A DNA stretch of 64,000 bases from Mytilus edulis (taxonomy: Eukaryota), in the NCBI RefSeq assembly GCF_963676685.1, contig NC_092345.1:33542001-33606000 (forward strand), given 5' to 3'. The translations under genes were made by a program, and so were the position numbers. Below, in pieces: positions 11,224 to 25,006 of the stretch (the first letter of the stretch is position 1; every line of letters begins with the position of its first letter). Below the pieces are notes generated by a model, which ran no database searches, was not told where the DNA came from, and worked only from the letters and a program-made list of their open reading frames with translations.

Positions 11224-12771
11224 TGTTACAGGGAATTTGTGAAATCAGGGATTTTGTAAAATCACTGAAATTTCAGGGAATTTGTAAAGTCACTGAACTG
11301 ATCAGTGATTTTATGAAATCCCTGATTTTGACTAGTGATTTTACAAAATCCCTGATATAATTAAGATCTTTTTTAAAACTTCACTCATTTTTGTTTAGAA
11401 TTTCTGTGAAAAAAGCCTACAACAGTAACACTAAATAAGTTTGAGGTTAGTCTAGCCTTTATTTTAATATTAAGTGAGCAGTTTTCATGCACTATACAAC
11501 TGACATAGTTTAGAACAATGGCTCATGCACAGATGTCTTTCAATCAAGAGCAAACATACACACAAAAGTTGTCAATGAGCCACAGAAAGAACATGTTGTC
11601 AATGAGCCACAGAAAAAAGACAAAAAAGCTCTTATCACTACCTTGTTTGGAAGAAAGTTACTGTTTATTATAGTTTTGAATAAAATTGATATATAAAAGC
11701 AAATAAGTGTTGTATTATTAATTTGCTGCCTACAAAATAACATTTATATGCACAAAATAGAAATAAAAAAAAGACTAACAAAAAATATAGGTAAGAATAC
11801 TTTGTTTTGTACTTGCATGTTTATGAATAGTTTCTAACCAAGCCAAAAAAAAAAAAAAATTTACTTCCTCAGGTCATATATCAGATACATGTATTCTGTC
11901 ACAAAGTGATATAACTTTGAATAAGTTTCTAAACTTTCTCAACTCTTTTAATCCAAATGAGGTAAATGTTTTGTTTAATGTAGGTATGAAGTTCTTCAAA
12001 GAGAATATTTGAAAAAAATCGTTAAAAACAGTTTTCATCAGATGAAGATGTTTTAAAAATATTATGTATGTCTTGAAGACATGCACAACATAGTTCAGAA
12101 AATTCACATATCAATAGGTCATGGTGGTAAAAACAAAATGGTATTAAAAGTACGCAAATAGAAAGTGTGCAAATGTTTTATACAAAGCGTTAGAACTTTA
12201 CAAGGAACTTTGAGAAAAATGCCAACTAAAAAAACGTAGAGCTGCTACAGTAATTGTGTTGTCGTTAAGTCTATAATAAGCAAAGAGTTGAATTTTCTGA
12301 GGACAGGTCGATTTGATACAGAGATGCATCGAAAAGCAGGGCAATTATATAACAGTAACTGTCACCCAAACTTGCCATGCAAAACAAGTAAATTCACAGT
12401 GATCTAAATATCCGTTTAAATGCCTTATGGTCATTATCATTATACACTAGTGTTAGCTCAAAGTGTTTATTAAAAATCATTTGTGATCATTTTGTGTATT
12501 TCTTATTAAGAAAAACACATTTCTAATAGCAAGTTATACTTAATTGTAATCAGGGATTTTACAAAATCCCTAGCTCTATTTTCAGTGATTTTGTCAAATT
12601 CCTAACAATTTCAGGGATTTAACAAAACCACTGAAACTGTTATTGATTTTACAAAATCACTGATTAGTCCAGTGATTTTACAAAATCACTGATTAGTCCA
12701 GTGATTTTACAAAATCACTGATTAGTCCAGTGATTTTACAAAATCCCTGATTTTACAAATTCCCTGTAACA
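11224..12771 (+). mobile_element. Ginger2-type DNA transposon, internally deleted, with a KRBA2/SCAND3-like integrase remnant
   Basis: TIRs TGTTACAGGGAATTTGT... / ...ACAAATTCCCTGTAACA built from GATTTTACAAAATC subrepeats; 4-bp TSD AATA (11220-11223, 12772-12775); ~12060-12320 reads YYVCLEDMHNIVQKIHISIGHGGKNKM...KCQLKK...VVKSIISKELN.RGQVDLI. Confidence 0.85.
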
Positions 12772-12889
12772 AATATACTAATATAATCATTCTTGAAATG
12801 CCAGTGGATCTACCACCTATTTTATTCGAGCCATCGGTGAAACATGTGTCTTGTGTATAATGTTATAAACCTGGTGTCTCTGATGAGTT

Positions 12890-13701
12890 TTTAACGTTTG
12901 ACTTTTATTGATACATCATAAAATTAAAACAATTATAATATTTCTATGACAAACATTCTGATAAAAATTGTAAGTCGAATTTAATATTTGAATACATTTA
13001 CCATACCATACCAACTTATTCGATATTCAAGAGCTTGCAGCTCCTACTCAGACTTTGTAAAACGTCATCAGTGTCTGAGAAGAAAGTTGATGAACCAGGG
13101 GTATGTCAAAGAACGTCTCGTCCCTTTTCTTAAAAAGTTCATCAGAAGGTACCAATACCTTTTTGATAAATATTCCGTATCAACTTCACATATAATACAT
13201 GATGGTCTTGATAACAACGTGTTATATTGTTCTTTCACTTGTCTTTGTTCTATTATTAATATTACTTTTACTGTTGGATTGTTTTATGTGATATCCATTG
13301 AACGTGGCTCGGTACTTAAACATCCCGTCAATGTGTTTGTATTATCTTTCATTTTTTGCTGGTGGTTTTGTTTGTGTTAAATGTCCCTTTTAAAAATTGT
13401 TACACGATGATGACTGCTGTACCCATATTTTTACTATTTTATTTATTATGTCTGTTTAGTTCACACATCATTGTAAATATAACGGAATTTGATGAGACTG
13501 TCATCAAAGTTAGAGGGTTAGCGCTATAAAACCAGGTTTAATCCACTATTTTCTACATTTGAAAATGCCTGTACCAAGTCAAGAATATGACAGTTCTTGT
13601 CCATTCGTTTTTTATGTGTTTTGTTATTTGATTTTGCCATGTGATTATGGACTTTCTGATTAGATTTTCCTCTAAGTTTAGTATTTTTGGGATTTTACTT
13701 T
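12890..13701 (+). mobile_element. Penelope-like element fragment: RT C-terminus plus 3'UTR, no C-terminal GIY-YIG
   Basis: QLIRYSRACSSYSDFVKRHQCLRRKLMNQGYVKERL...KYSVSTSHIIHDGLD. The downstream sequence is shared with 14872-18910 (inverted) and 28795-29030. Confidence 0.7.
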
Positions 13702-14871
13702 ATACCACATATTCTTATATGTTGTCACAAACAAAAAATCAAACATCTTGATATTAATGTCAGATTCAGAGAAATATTTGTTTGAATCGAATATTTTTCT
13801 TACTAATTACGCCATATCCCTCCTTAAGGCTAGAATCATGTCGGTCATTCATTAATTTGGTAAAGGGAAGAAGGGTTGTATTTTAAATACTATTGCAAAG
13901 TAAGATCTACAAATATTTCAACATGACCAAAATGTTCACTTGACCCCATAATGAGTTATTGCCCTTTAAAGTCAATTTTTAGTAATTTTTGTAATCTTTT
14001 ACAAAAAATGAAATATACCAATCACTTTTACCTAAGAATGTCTCTGATACTTGTCCAACTGTCAAGCTCCAGAACGAACTAATTTGTTATCATGGCAAAT
14101 CAATTACAATACAGACATAGCGGGGACAAGGGATGTCAAATATAGTGTTTAGCTCTGAGCTCACTATAGGGGATGCCATATCTGCTGCAGGAAAATTGAA
14201 GTGTTATTTGATGAAAAATTACACAAAAGCGCTTCTGAACCGTATGTTGTTCCTTAATATCAAATTCGTATGGCTATTAAAAATCAATAGTTTCTGTAGG
14301 AAAATCAACATTCAACCCATTCCATTTCGGACTGGCTGTGCAGTTATATCATGAATATGGGTCAGGAACATTGATAGACACTTTTGTATTCACATGGCTT
14401 TTGTGATTCCTATGCAAAGGTAAGACTAAACCTGACAAGAATTGCCTGCACGAGGTTGAACGATTCAAGTTTCTATTCGTGTTCCGAATGCTTTCAAAGC
14501 ATTTCAAATTTTGCTGAAAAAATTGAAAACACATCGGAGATTAATTGAGTGATTTTGTGCTCAATGTCAAGAGATATTGGAAATTTTACTGTCCAGTTAG
14601 AAACATTTCACCACCAAGTTAATCCATTTTAGACCAGATATAACAACACTCCTTCTCACTCGGGTCTTAATTGTCACCTGGGAAAACATAAATGGATTCA
14701 CCCCAACCTGTTTTCAAGGGACACATGTCATCAGATTACTTACAAGATTTTCTAAAAAGGTAAATTTTTGTGCTCAAAAAGTTTAGTGTCCTGCACCGAG
14801 CTTTGTCCATGTCAAGGAAGGGAAGCGTGCTGTAATGCTTATACACATACTGAATCTGCAAACGATGACGA

Positions 14872-17800
14872 AAAAAGTTAAATCACAAAAATACTGAACT
14901 CAGAGGACAATCAAATAGGAAAGTCCCTAATCATGGCAAAATCAAACGACAAAACACATCAAAAACGAATGGACAAACATTGTCATATTCCTGACTTGGT
15001 ATAGGCATTTTCAAATGTAGAAAATGGTGGATTAAACCTGGTTTTATAGCGCTAACCCTCTAACTTTGTACGACAGAGTCATCAAATTCCGTTATAATTT
15101 ACAATGATGCGTGAACTAAACAGACATAAGTTAAATAGTCAAAATATGGGTACAGCAGTCATCATCGTGTTACAATTTAACAGAGCACAAAAGCATCTAT
15201 CAAATTAAAAACACATTTTATTGCTGTGTCTGAAATATGGGAACAGTATAGTCACCATCGTGTTACAATTTTAAAAGAAACAATTTAAAAGAACACAAAA
15301 GCATCTATCAAATTAAAAACACATTCATTGCTGTGTCTGACGTCAGAAAATGTATACGTCACATATGTTTGTCGTTCAATGTTTACAAACAATTTTAAAT
15401 TTTCACGTGAGCATTGTTAGCATACAGGGTTAAAAAAATCAAAAGTATGTAAGAATTAATTTAAGAAATAGTTCGAGATTTAAAATAGTCCAAGAGTTCT
15501 ATAGAATTTTTAAGAATCCCCATATGGTTCATTCCACTGCGTGATTGAATAATTTTGACGTTTGTGGTTCAACGCTTTTTTCTAATTTATGATAGAAATA
15601 TAACATAATGACATTTTATAGAGCAATAACATACTGACAGGATCTTTCAAAGTACAGAGTCACGTTATCAGAACCAAAGAAACACAAAAAGTCGGAATTT
15701 AAAAACACACCAGCAAAAATGAAAGATAGTGACGTTACGCACGTTATTGCGTCAATACTGTGTATTCAACAAGTCCACACTAATAAACTGCTTTTCTAGA
15801 AAATCATAACAGTTAAGATATATAAAACGTATATCCATAGACTAGACAGGTAAATACTATTTCGAAAAAAAAAAATGCAAATTGTTTTATCATACTTTAC
15901 TATAGTCTAAAATAAGGACAACATATTGACAAAACGTCAAAAATAAGCGTGTCAGACGTAACAGACTATACGCATAATAACTTTAACAGGGGTGTTTGTG
16001 TTATTCAAAACAGTGTTATATCCACGAAAATTCGAATGAATGATATGCTTCATATATAAAGTATTTCAATATTACTGAATATGCATTCCTGTTACGATCA
16101 ACGCTATTTTTTGGTAAAAACAAATAGTGGTCATTATGGTCAGATTTTGGAAAATGTTAAGTTATCAAAATTTATAGGTTTTAAAATATAAGATTATATG
16201 ATATTTCGTTTGTGTTAATTATGCTCACAAAAGTACATACATAGACCATATCAGAATCCAATTGTTGCAGCACTCACACTTCATATAAAAATGCAACGGC
16301 TTCTGGCAAATGTCTTGCAAGATGTCCAATGTCGGATTTTGCCGCTTTTTACAAATAAATTGGCATTTGCGACGCTATTCATTGAAAAATTAGATAAGTT
16401 GCATGCTACATAGTGCTTTTCCGTAATTGTGCTTTAACTTTGCAAAACAGCTACATAGTTTTTAATAATTTGCGTAGTCAAAACGACTTCGTTTTTAAAG
16501 AAATAAAATGTCTTGCAAGTTTGTTCACTGGACGATTTTCATGCGTTTTCAACGATGTCTATTCGGGGTACGCTATTTATGGTGGATCATCTGGATATTT
16601 GCTCAGACAGAATTTTCTTGATGGTCGGATACTATCAATAAGACCACAAAGTATATAAAAAAAATCCGATGAATGGGGTTGTTCGTTTAGATGAGGTTCT
16701 TAAGTTGCGAAAAGTTAGTATCATGAGAGGATTAAAAAATCCTCTTTTTCAAATTTTCAAATTTGGGAAGTGTAAAACTTCGTTTTTTTTGTTTTATTTC
16801 TCTGCAATAAGATTCATACATTTTTTGTATGTATAGAACTTGAAAGTAAAAATGAAATTGGGCCTAAAGCGTGCCATTGGCTATATACCTCTCCACATCA
16901 TACAAAGCTTTTAAATTTGAGATTAAATGAGAATTATGTATATAATTCAGGTTTATACAAAAGACGATTTGCCCCTTACCGTTCCTCATTGCATTATCTA
17001 CATTCAATTATTTTTAGCACGTGAAAACTATTTATAAATTTTCTTTGTTTACGTTGAAGGCATCGCCATTCTTTTTGTTAACCACCTTCCTCCCCTTCAC
17101 CACCGATAGATTTTACTGTTACACATTATTAGCATGTCATATGGTTTATCTAGTGTATTTTTATATATAGATATCTATATATTATTATTATCATTTTTTT
17201 TCTCATTGTTATAATTGTTGTCTCAGTTGAATGCTAATGTTTTCATACTGTTAGATCATGTTGGTCATTTCGAGTTTTCACTCAAATCACAAATTTACGG
17301 GATATTCAGTGGTCACTTACATCCTAACTTTAGCATAAGTCTTGCCAATATTTTCTGGCTAGAAAGCTCAGACAAAGGCTTATGCTAATTGTTTCGCAGA
17401 TCGGCTCTCTCTGGCTTTCTAATATATCTTTGGCTACTTATCTGAATCACAGTTCAGATGCTTATCAATCACATGCTTTGGAACCAGGAGAGCGGATTGT
17501 GCATAATATAGTGTTTCTGTAGTAGCTTTAAACTAGATTAGACACTGGGCACTAACCAGCCGATCTGACTACTTTAAAGTTATGTTTGCAAGCAAACCGC
17601 AGTTTGCCTACAACTACACTATTTCTATTTGTTTTTCAAAAAATTCGGATAAAGTGACCATGCACGCTAAATTGCTGAGACAGCCGTACGCCAAAAAAAA
17701 AGTATTGTATATAATTGTATATTGTATTCGTTAATATGTTTTGTAGTTTAGCAATAGAATTATATTCCTAGCTTGTCTTGTGTATAAATTATAATTAACC

Positions 17801-18910
17801 TTTTATTTCTGACAATCGTTTCATTTCTTAATCTAATTGTACCGCTATTAGTAAATTGAATTTTATAAGCAAGACCCGTTTAGCTTGTAATTCCCGACAA
17901 ACTTTTTATAGCAAAGCAAAATATATATCTTCCTCCTTTTCGGATCTAAATGGGGAAACATTGCATTTTATTACGTTTTATGTCAATTGGTCTCTGGCAG
18001 AGAGTTGCCTCATTGACACTCATCATACCGTATATATCTTCTCATTTCATTTAGATTTATGCATTACTCAAATACGATATATTTTGTTGTTTGTTGCTTA
18101 CGTTACTTTCAGTGGGAAATATTTCACGCATATGTTCAGTACAACTAATCATTAAGAAGTATCCATATTGATATGGAAAACAAAAATTACAAGCGAAATA
18201 AAAAAAACTTATCACAAATATTCATTAATCGCCGTAAAACGTAGAAATTGACGTTACCATTTGAGACGCAATATCGTGCTTAACGTCAATACAAACACAC
18301 TGACGGGATGTATAAGTACCGATCCACGTTAAATGTATATCACAGATAACAATCCAACAGTAAAAGTAATATTCATAATGCAACAAAGAAAAATGAAAGA
18401 ACAATATATAACACGTTTTTAAGATGATATACAACATCAGTACGCAGAATCTATACATCAAGACCATCATGTATTATTTGTGAAGACCATCATGTATTAT
18501 TTGTGAAGAATAATTTCGACGTTTGTGGTTCAACGTTTTTTTTTCTAATATATAATAGAAATATAACATAATGACATATTATAGAGCAATAACATACTGA
18601 CAAGACCTTTCAAAGTACAGAGTCACGTTATCAAAACCAAAGAAACACAAAAAGTCGCATTTACAAAACACACCAACAAAAATGAAAGATAATACAAACA
18701 CATTGACGGGATGTATAAGTGCCGATCCACTTTAAATGTATATCACAGAAAACAATCCAATAGTAAAAGTAATATTAATAATACAACAAAGAAAAATGAA
18801 AGAACAATATAACACGTTGTTAAGATGATAAACAACATCAGTACGCAGAATTTATATATCAAGACCATCATGTATTATTTGTGAAGACAATCATGTATTA
18901 TTTGTGAAGA
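14872..18910 (-). mobile_element. 3' region of the same Penelope-like family, with an internal ~400-bp tandem duplication, interrupted by 15729-18288
   Basis: Inverted match to 13190-13700. The minus strand at ~18450-18490 encodes the ORF end SQIIHDGLDV*. Paralogous copy at 51058-51925. Confidence 0.65.
15729..18288. mobile_element. 2.6-kb non-autonomous TIR DNA element
   Basis: TIRs TGACGTTACGCACGTTATTGCGTC / GACGCAATATCGTGCTTAACGTCA; it splits GAAAGATA|ATACAAACAC, which is contiguous at ~18684 and ~51688. TSD unclear. Confidence 0.7.
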
Positions 18911-19363
18911 GAGTGACCTTTATCCCCTTTTTAATAAATAGTAGAACTAATGTATGTAGCTTTGCAAAGAAAAGTTATATATGGTTTTGGCCGATTTTTA
19001 ATTACAACGTAATAAAAAACTAACATTATATTGTATTTTTAATAACTTCCCTGAGATATTGACGAGTCTGCGACTTTTTACCAGGATAACCCCACTACGA
19101 CAATGCTCATGCTTCACTAAACCAACCGCGAAATCAATGCAATTAGTTCACAACTATGATTGTTTTTAAATATCGCTTCGCTTCAGGTTGACTATGCTAT
19201 TTTTGTGTTATAACCGATCTGTCCGGACAATGTAAAAACACAATATTTATTTATCTATAGCTAGATACATGAGATACATACGCAAACTTTTGGATGCAAA
19301 ATTGAAAATACTGTTTCAGGACTTGCAGCGCTCGGATTTATTTTTCTAAAGATAGAAAAAAAC

Positions 19364-22170
19364 TATGTATGTGAAGTTAGCAGCCGCCGGTTCGTTATTC
19401 GATATTCAATATCCAACCGGCTGCTAGAAGTCAGTTGGATATTCAAAATTTAGCTGAAAATCACAAACAAATTAAATACTTGATAACATTGAAAGCATTG
19501 TTTTCATAGATAAGAGGGCTGATACGATAAGTAGGAAATCGTTTTATGACCACACGCTGTCGTAAATTCTCGTTTTACGAATATAAACCCTTTGAAGTAA
19601 CATATTTGTCCTTATGTAATATAGATTTTTTATTAATGAAAGGACTTCAAAGATGGAGTTTTACATATAATATTTCTCAAAACAAAAAGAAACACTAATA
19701 ATTCTTGGAACATTTAAAAAACGTAAATAAAAATATTTATGGAAACCCCGAAAAAGAAATTTATAGTGAAAATCTACCAGAAACCGCTTAAATGAGGATG
19801 AGACCCTCCTGATCTTTCAATGTCCATAAAATTCAACTAGATGATAGACTCTGAATATATAAAGGTTGTATCAAAAGGATTTACCAGAATATTGTCATCT
19901 TCGATATCTACGGAGGGCTTAGATTGTCACTTTTCAGCAAAGTTTTAGGACAAAGGGCACAGGGCAATGATGAGAGCCTACTGATCTCTCAATCTTTCTA
20001 ATATTATGCAGACATTTAGTTAATAGGTAGATGCAAACATGCTTAAAAGGAATTAAGGTACACTTCCTGTGTTATATATTTACGGAGGACCCAAAGTGCT
20101 CATTTAAGCGGTCACAACTAAGTTTTCACTATATATTTTGAATATCCAACTGGCACTTTGGGCCCTCCGTAAACATAGAAAACAGGAAGTGTACCCAAAT
20201 TGCTTTAAATCACGTTTGTATTTACCTTATAACTAAAAGTCTGCATAATAATAGAAAGATTGAGATATCAGGGGGCTCTCACCATTGCTCTGTGCCCTTT
20301 GTCTTTAAATTTGCACAATTTTTAGCTGAAAAGTGACAATCTAAGCCCTCCATAGATATCGAAGATGACATTATTCCGGCAAATCCTTCTGATACAACCT
20401 TTATATATACAGAGTCTATGAATAACTTGTATTTTCAGGGGGGGGGGGGGATTTAGGCGTGGCGGGCGTGCTCACCCCCTAAAATTTGCAAAGCATGGGT
20501 TGTTTTCAACTTATTTAAGTATCGAAAGAGACCATAATGATACCATCTTTTTTAACATTCAAAGTATATAAAACAGTAAGTTTAACAGAATCAATGTGAT
20601 AACTTATCAACTGACCTATGATTTAATTAAGTTCTATAAAAATTATATCATGTGTATACTTCAAAGGAAGGTGTCAAACGCGGAGCTGCGGACAAACATG
20701 ATAGGTTTTTAGCAGTTAAAGTTAAAACAATTGTTACATTGTATTTGTGATTTTTATTATAAATTTATTATAATCAAAGTTTAAACAAAGCCCTTACTCA
20801 CTTTCACAATTTCATCATGGAACGACCAAGAAAATAGTCCAGGTGAGATTATTTCTTGATATCCTTAATGAAAGATAGAAATACTGTTTCAAGCGAAAGG
20901 TTAGTTTATTAATTTGTATCCCTGTGTCTATATATATATTGCTCACTTGCAATTAAACATTTTGCCGACTTATGTACCGTATTACATTGTACATGCATCA
21001 TTTTTGTGCATGGGATCCCCAGAAAATAAACGCAACTCCATAAATGCATCTCATTCTGATTTTATTTGTTTGCGGCAAACACAGTATTTATAAAGTCTGA
21101 CACGACCTCCGAAAATCTTGCCATTATAACTCGGAGGTTCATCGCGGAACAGAGACATATTGTTTTACCTCTGTCCGTCCATCCGTCAGTCAGTCACTTG
21201 ATATTTGGTCCGGAGGATCCACTAGGACGCATATCAATCTATTACTTCATTATTGCATTCCCCCCTGAAGATATTAGATTGACTAAAATAAATGCAACAC
21301 CAGTTTTCACAGCAACCCTTGCTGTAACATTCGCTAGATTTTTTTATATGGAGGGTCAGCATGTGTACTCCGGATTGAGGTACAGCTCTATCCTTTTTGT
21401 CTTCTGTCCCGTTTTCTGGGAAAGATATGGGGATAGTCTCAATGAATAGAAGCTCACATATTTCTTGTAACTTATGGTGATTATATTAGGTTGTTGTCAG
21501 GGATTGATCTCGTTGGATTCAGCTTGAAACTTTAATTTCTCGCTAATTTTACCACACAATAGTTCGAGATATCTACATTGCACCCCCTTTAGAAGAATAT
21601 TTCAATAATTTTATACCTCAAATTTTTTTCGCCACGCTCCGCCCGGCGAATTTAAAACTGTGCACCCCCTTACTTGAAATCCTGGATCCGCCCCTGATTT
21701 TATAGACATTGAAAGACCAGGGGGTCTCATCCTCAGTTAAAAGCGGTCTCAGCTAGGTTTTCACTTTATATGTCTTTTTTGGCTTTCCAATAAATATTTC
21801 TATTTATATTTCTAAATGTTTTTAGAATATTATATCGGATTTTCTTTTTTGCTTTAAGAAATATCATTTATAAAAGTAAATCTTTGAAGTCGTTTTACTG
21901 ATAAACATCTATATTACATAAAGACAAATACATGTATGTAACTTAGAAAAGGGTTTATATTCGAATTTATGACATGCAGCTTGAAGAGGTCATTTAACGA
22001 TTTCCTACGTATCTGATCAGTTCTCTGAACTATGAAAAGCATGCTTTTTATGTTATCAAGTATTTTTTTTATTATGATTTTCAGCAAAATTTTGAATATC
22101 GAACTGACTGCTAGCAGCCGGTTGGATAATGAATATCGAATAACGAACCGGCTGCTAATTTCACATACAT
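19364..22170. repeat. Foldback (long inverted repeat) element with ~740-bp arms
   Basis: 19364-20099 is the reverse complement of 20153-20435 plus 21697-22170 (e.g. CAGCCG..GGTTCGTTATTCGATATTCA vs TGAATATCGAATAACGAACCGGCTG). Confidence 0.9.
20436..21696. mobile_element. Non-autonomous TIR element (CAGGGG...CCCCTG) with 5-bp TSD ATTTT
   Basis: Right end CCTGGATCCGCCCCTG; left end a degenerate G-run; ATTTT on both sides; empty site TGTATTTTATAGAC at ~55456. Confidence 0.8.
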
Positions 22171-24621
22171 AAAAAAAATCTTGAAATAATTTTTGATAAA
22201 CCGTTTTTTTACAGTGTAGAAACTAATAAGTTTATATAATGTAGTAAAAAATGATAAGCAATATGAAAGTTAATGGATGTGAAAAGGTCAAGGCTAATCT
22301 CAATTTGCTGTATTATAAATTGAAAAAAATCAAAAAGTTCAATATTTGTAATTGCAACTTTTCTTATAAATAGTAAAGTTTGTCGTTTTGACATTCTATG
22401 CAGCATATGCTGATTGAACCGTTTTCGTAGCATTCTGATGAATGAATATCAGAAATTTATCTTTTTTTCCTTGTGGTTGTAATATTGATATTTTTATGCT
22501 TAACCTTTCACTCCAATTTGAGAAAATTGTGACCACCTTGGGTACTCTTATTTCTCAGTCTTTCCATCAATATATGATCTAGATGTATGTTCTTCTGGTA
22601 CATTAAAGTTTTAACAAATGGAGTCTGGTTGCAGATCTAAAATTCTAGTTACGATTATTATATCAAACACCCCCCCTTTTTTTGTTATCCTCCTTGAATG
22701 TCACGTGGCCATATGATATACACTTTTTTCACTCTTTCATATAGAATTTAAAACGTACAAACCAAATTGGTAAAAATTTAAATAAAGTACTTCTATTTTT
22801 TAAATGATTGATCTGAAACCCGTGTTAGGTATTTTCTATCAAAACGATCAAAATGAAATCAAAAACAGTTGAATAAAATGATCAAACATAAACAATAAGA
22901 ACTTTGGATAATTTGATTGCTTAACATTAATCATGCAACATGTCCACATAACTATCCATACACGCTTAAACTTGTATTTACTCAACAGTTTATTGATTCT
23001 CCTCATATTATAAAATAATGTTCTAGTCATTAAACATAGTGAGATCAAATTGATTAAAATTAATTTATATTGTACGAAAAATGAAATAAACGCCTACAAA
23101 ACTTAAGATCTTGAGAAAAAAAAAACACAAATGAAAAGACAACGGTTATAAAAATTAACTCATTAGTAATATACCGCTGTTGAAAACATTGATATTGTTT
23201 ACGTCTTAACATCTGCATGATCTGTAAACACTGCACACTGTTCGCTTATATATCTGTTACATTGACATTTTCATATCAACTCATGTATTATACGGAAAAG
23301 TGATTTTTATTAATGTACAATTTCTACATTTAAACGTGAATCTGAATAAAAAAAAGTAGTATACGTATTTCAAACAACATCCGATATTCTTTACGTATCA
23401 GTCTGTACAGCTTTAGTATTGAGAGAGTTGAAGGTATTGTATATAAAGTCAAAGGTAAATTACGAATTTTGTATCGTTATAAAAAATATTTCTTTCTTTA
23501 AAATCGGTAATGCTACTAATTTTTTTTTAAATTTCATTTATTCTACCGGATTATTTAACTTGCTATCATTAACTGTGAGTACTCTCAACTCATAATGTCC
23601 TGTTAATTTGACATATTGGTACTATTTGTAATGCTTTTTGTTATTTAATGTTTACCTATTAAGGGTTATATCTCGTCTCTATATTTAAAATTATACCAGC
23701 TTTGATAAGTGTTTCAATTTCCCCCCCTGTTTCCGTACTATGAACAACAAAAATATTTATCTTGTAAAATCAATTTCTGTTCTCAAATATACTTAATACC
23801 TCACAACAAAATTATTTTAATTTACCATTGTGCAATATTCTATTTGGCGGCATTTCGTTCAAGGTTATTTTTGCCTCCTGAAATTACTTTTAAACTTCTC
23901 ACAGCAGTATACTAGTGTTGCCTTTATTCATTCACCCCTTATTTTATTGATTTTATATTTACATTGTGTCATAGATGAAAATTATTCGTGCAGTGTGTAT
24001 TCACTTGTGTTAATATGTCTATTGATTGAGTGAAGCCATTTCCATTGATATTTTATAGTGTGTCTTTCTATCTTGTGATTTAACACTATTGTTTCAGGTA
24101 AGAGTGAAGGTTGGTACCTATTAAAACGTTAAAACTCGCTGCAAATGTTTGCATCTGACCTAAGTTAGAGACCTCAGTTTTTTCCTGATTTTCATTAGTT
24201 TTCATTTGTTGATGTGGTTCATGAGTGTTTCTTTTTTTCTATTTTTATTTAAATTAAACCGTTGGTTTTGCCGTTTGAATTGTTTTACACTAGTCATTTA
24301 TGGGGCCCTTGATAGCTTGCTGTTCGATGTGAGCCAAGGTTCCGTGTTGAAGTCCGTACTTTGACTTATAATTGTTTTTCTTTTACAACCTGTGACTGGG
24401 ATGGAGAGTTGTCACATTGGCACTCATACCACATATTTTCTAATCTATGAGGATTAAAGGAAAGGCAATATAGGGTGTTCAAATTGATTACGATGAATTT
24501 ATGTTGTACGAAATATGTAATGAATATACCAGAATCATAGATACCAGTAGTAAAGTTTGGTACACCGTTGTTGGAAATAATCTCATCATAGGTACCAGCA
24601 TTTGAATTGTGAACGCCAAAT

Positions 24622-25005
24622 AGGCTATTTGCCAATTCCCGTAATTGACACTGTAATTAGAGATCCCCCTTTCAGTTCTCTCCCTTAAGAGGGACATTAA
24701 TTTTCATTTATAATGGAGAGCTAGCAGAACGAGCAAATTTACCTGTGCGTAATGTGAGTAATCTTTAAGGTTTTCAAATCTTTAATTACATGAATTTGTT
24801 GTTAATCTAAACACTTTTAACATCAGAAATTATTTTTCATGAAAAATAAGTTAAACCGCCGATACATCACTTTCAATTCATCATACTTTGTATCGGCAAA
24901 AGCCAATTCTGTCCGGTATGGAACCAGTCTACGATTGACAAAGGGAAGTAATTTGTTTAAAAAATGTGTAATAAGAGAATCAAATCGGTAATTGGCAAAT
25001 GGACT
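24622..25005. mobile_element. MITE with 2-bp AT TSD, present only in unit 1
   Basis: TIRs AGGCTATTTGCCAATTCCCG / CGGTAATTGGCAAATGGACT; empty site CAAATTAATG at ~32137 and ~62057. Confidence 0.75.
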
Positions 25006-25006
25006 A

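Noticed and set aside
12645-12760. Regular short repeats as a CRISPR array (also 47230-47990 and 40320-40590)
   Set aside because: The spacers are not unique, there are no cas genes, and the context is eukaryotic transposon DNA.
18300-18340. CCACGTTAAAT resembling a pistol ribozyme
   Set aside because: It folds as a simple hairpin; pseudoknot partners are absent.
22209-24033. Short ORFs repeated in all three units (e.g. MISLCLMTR..., MFQFPPLFP...)
   Set aside because: Their recurrence reflects the segmental duplication; frames are not conserved between copies.
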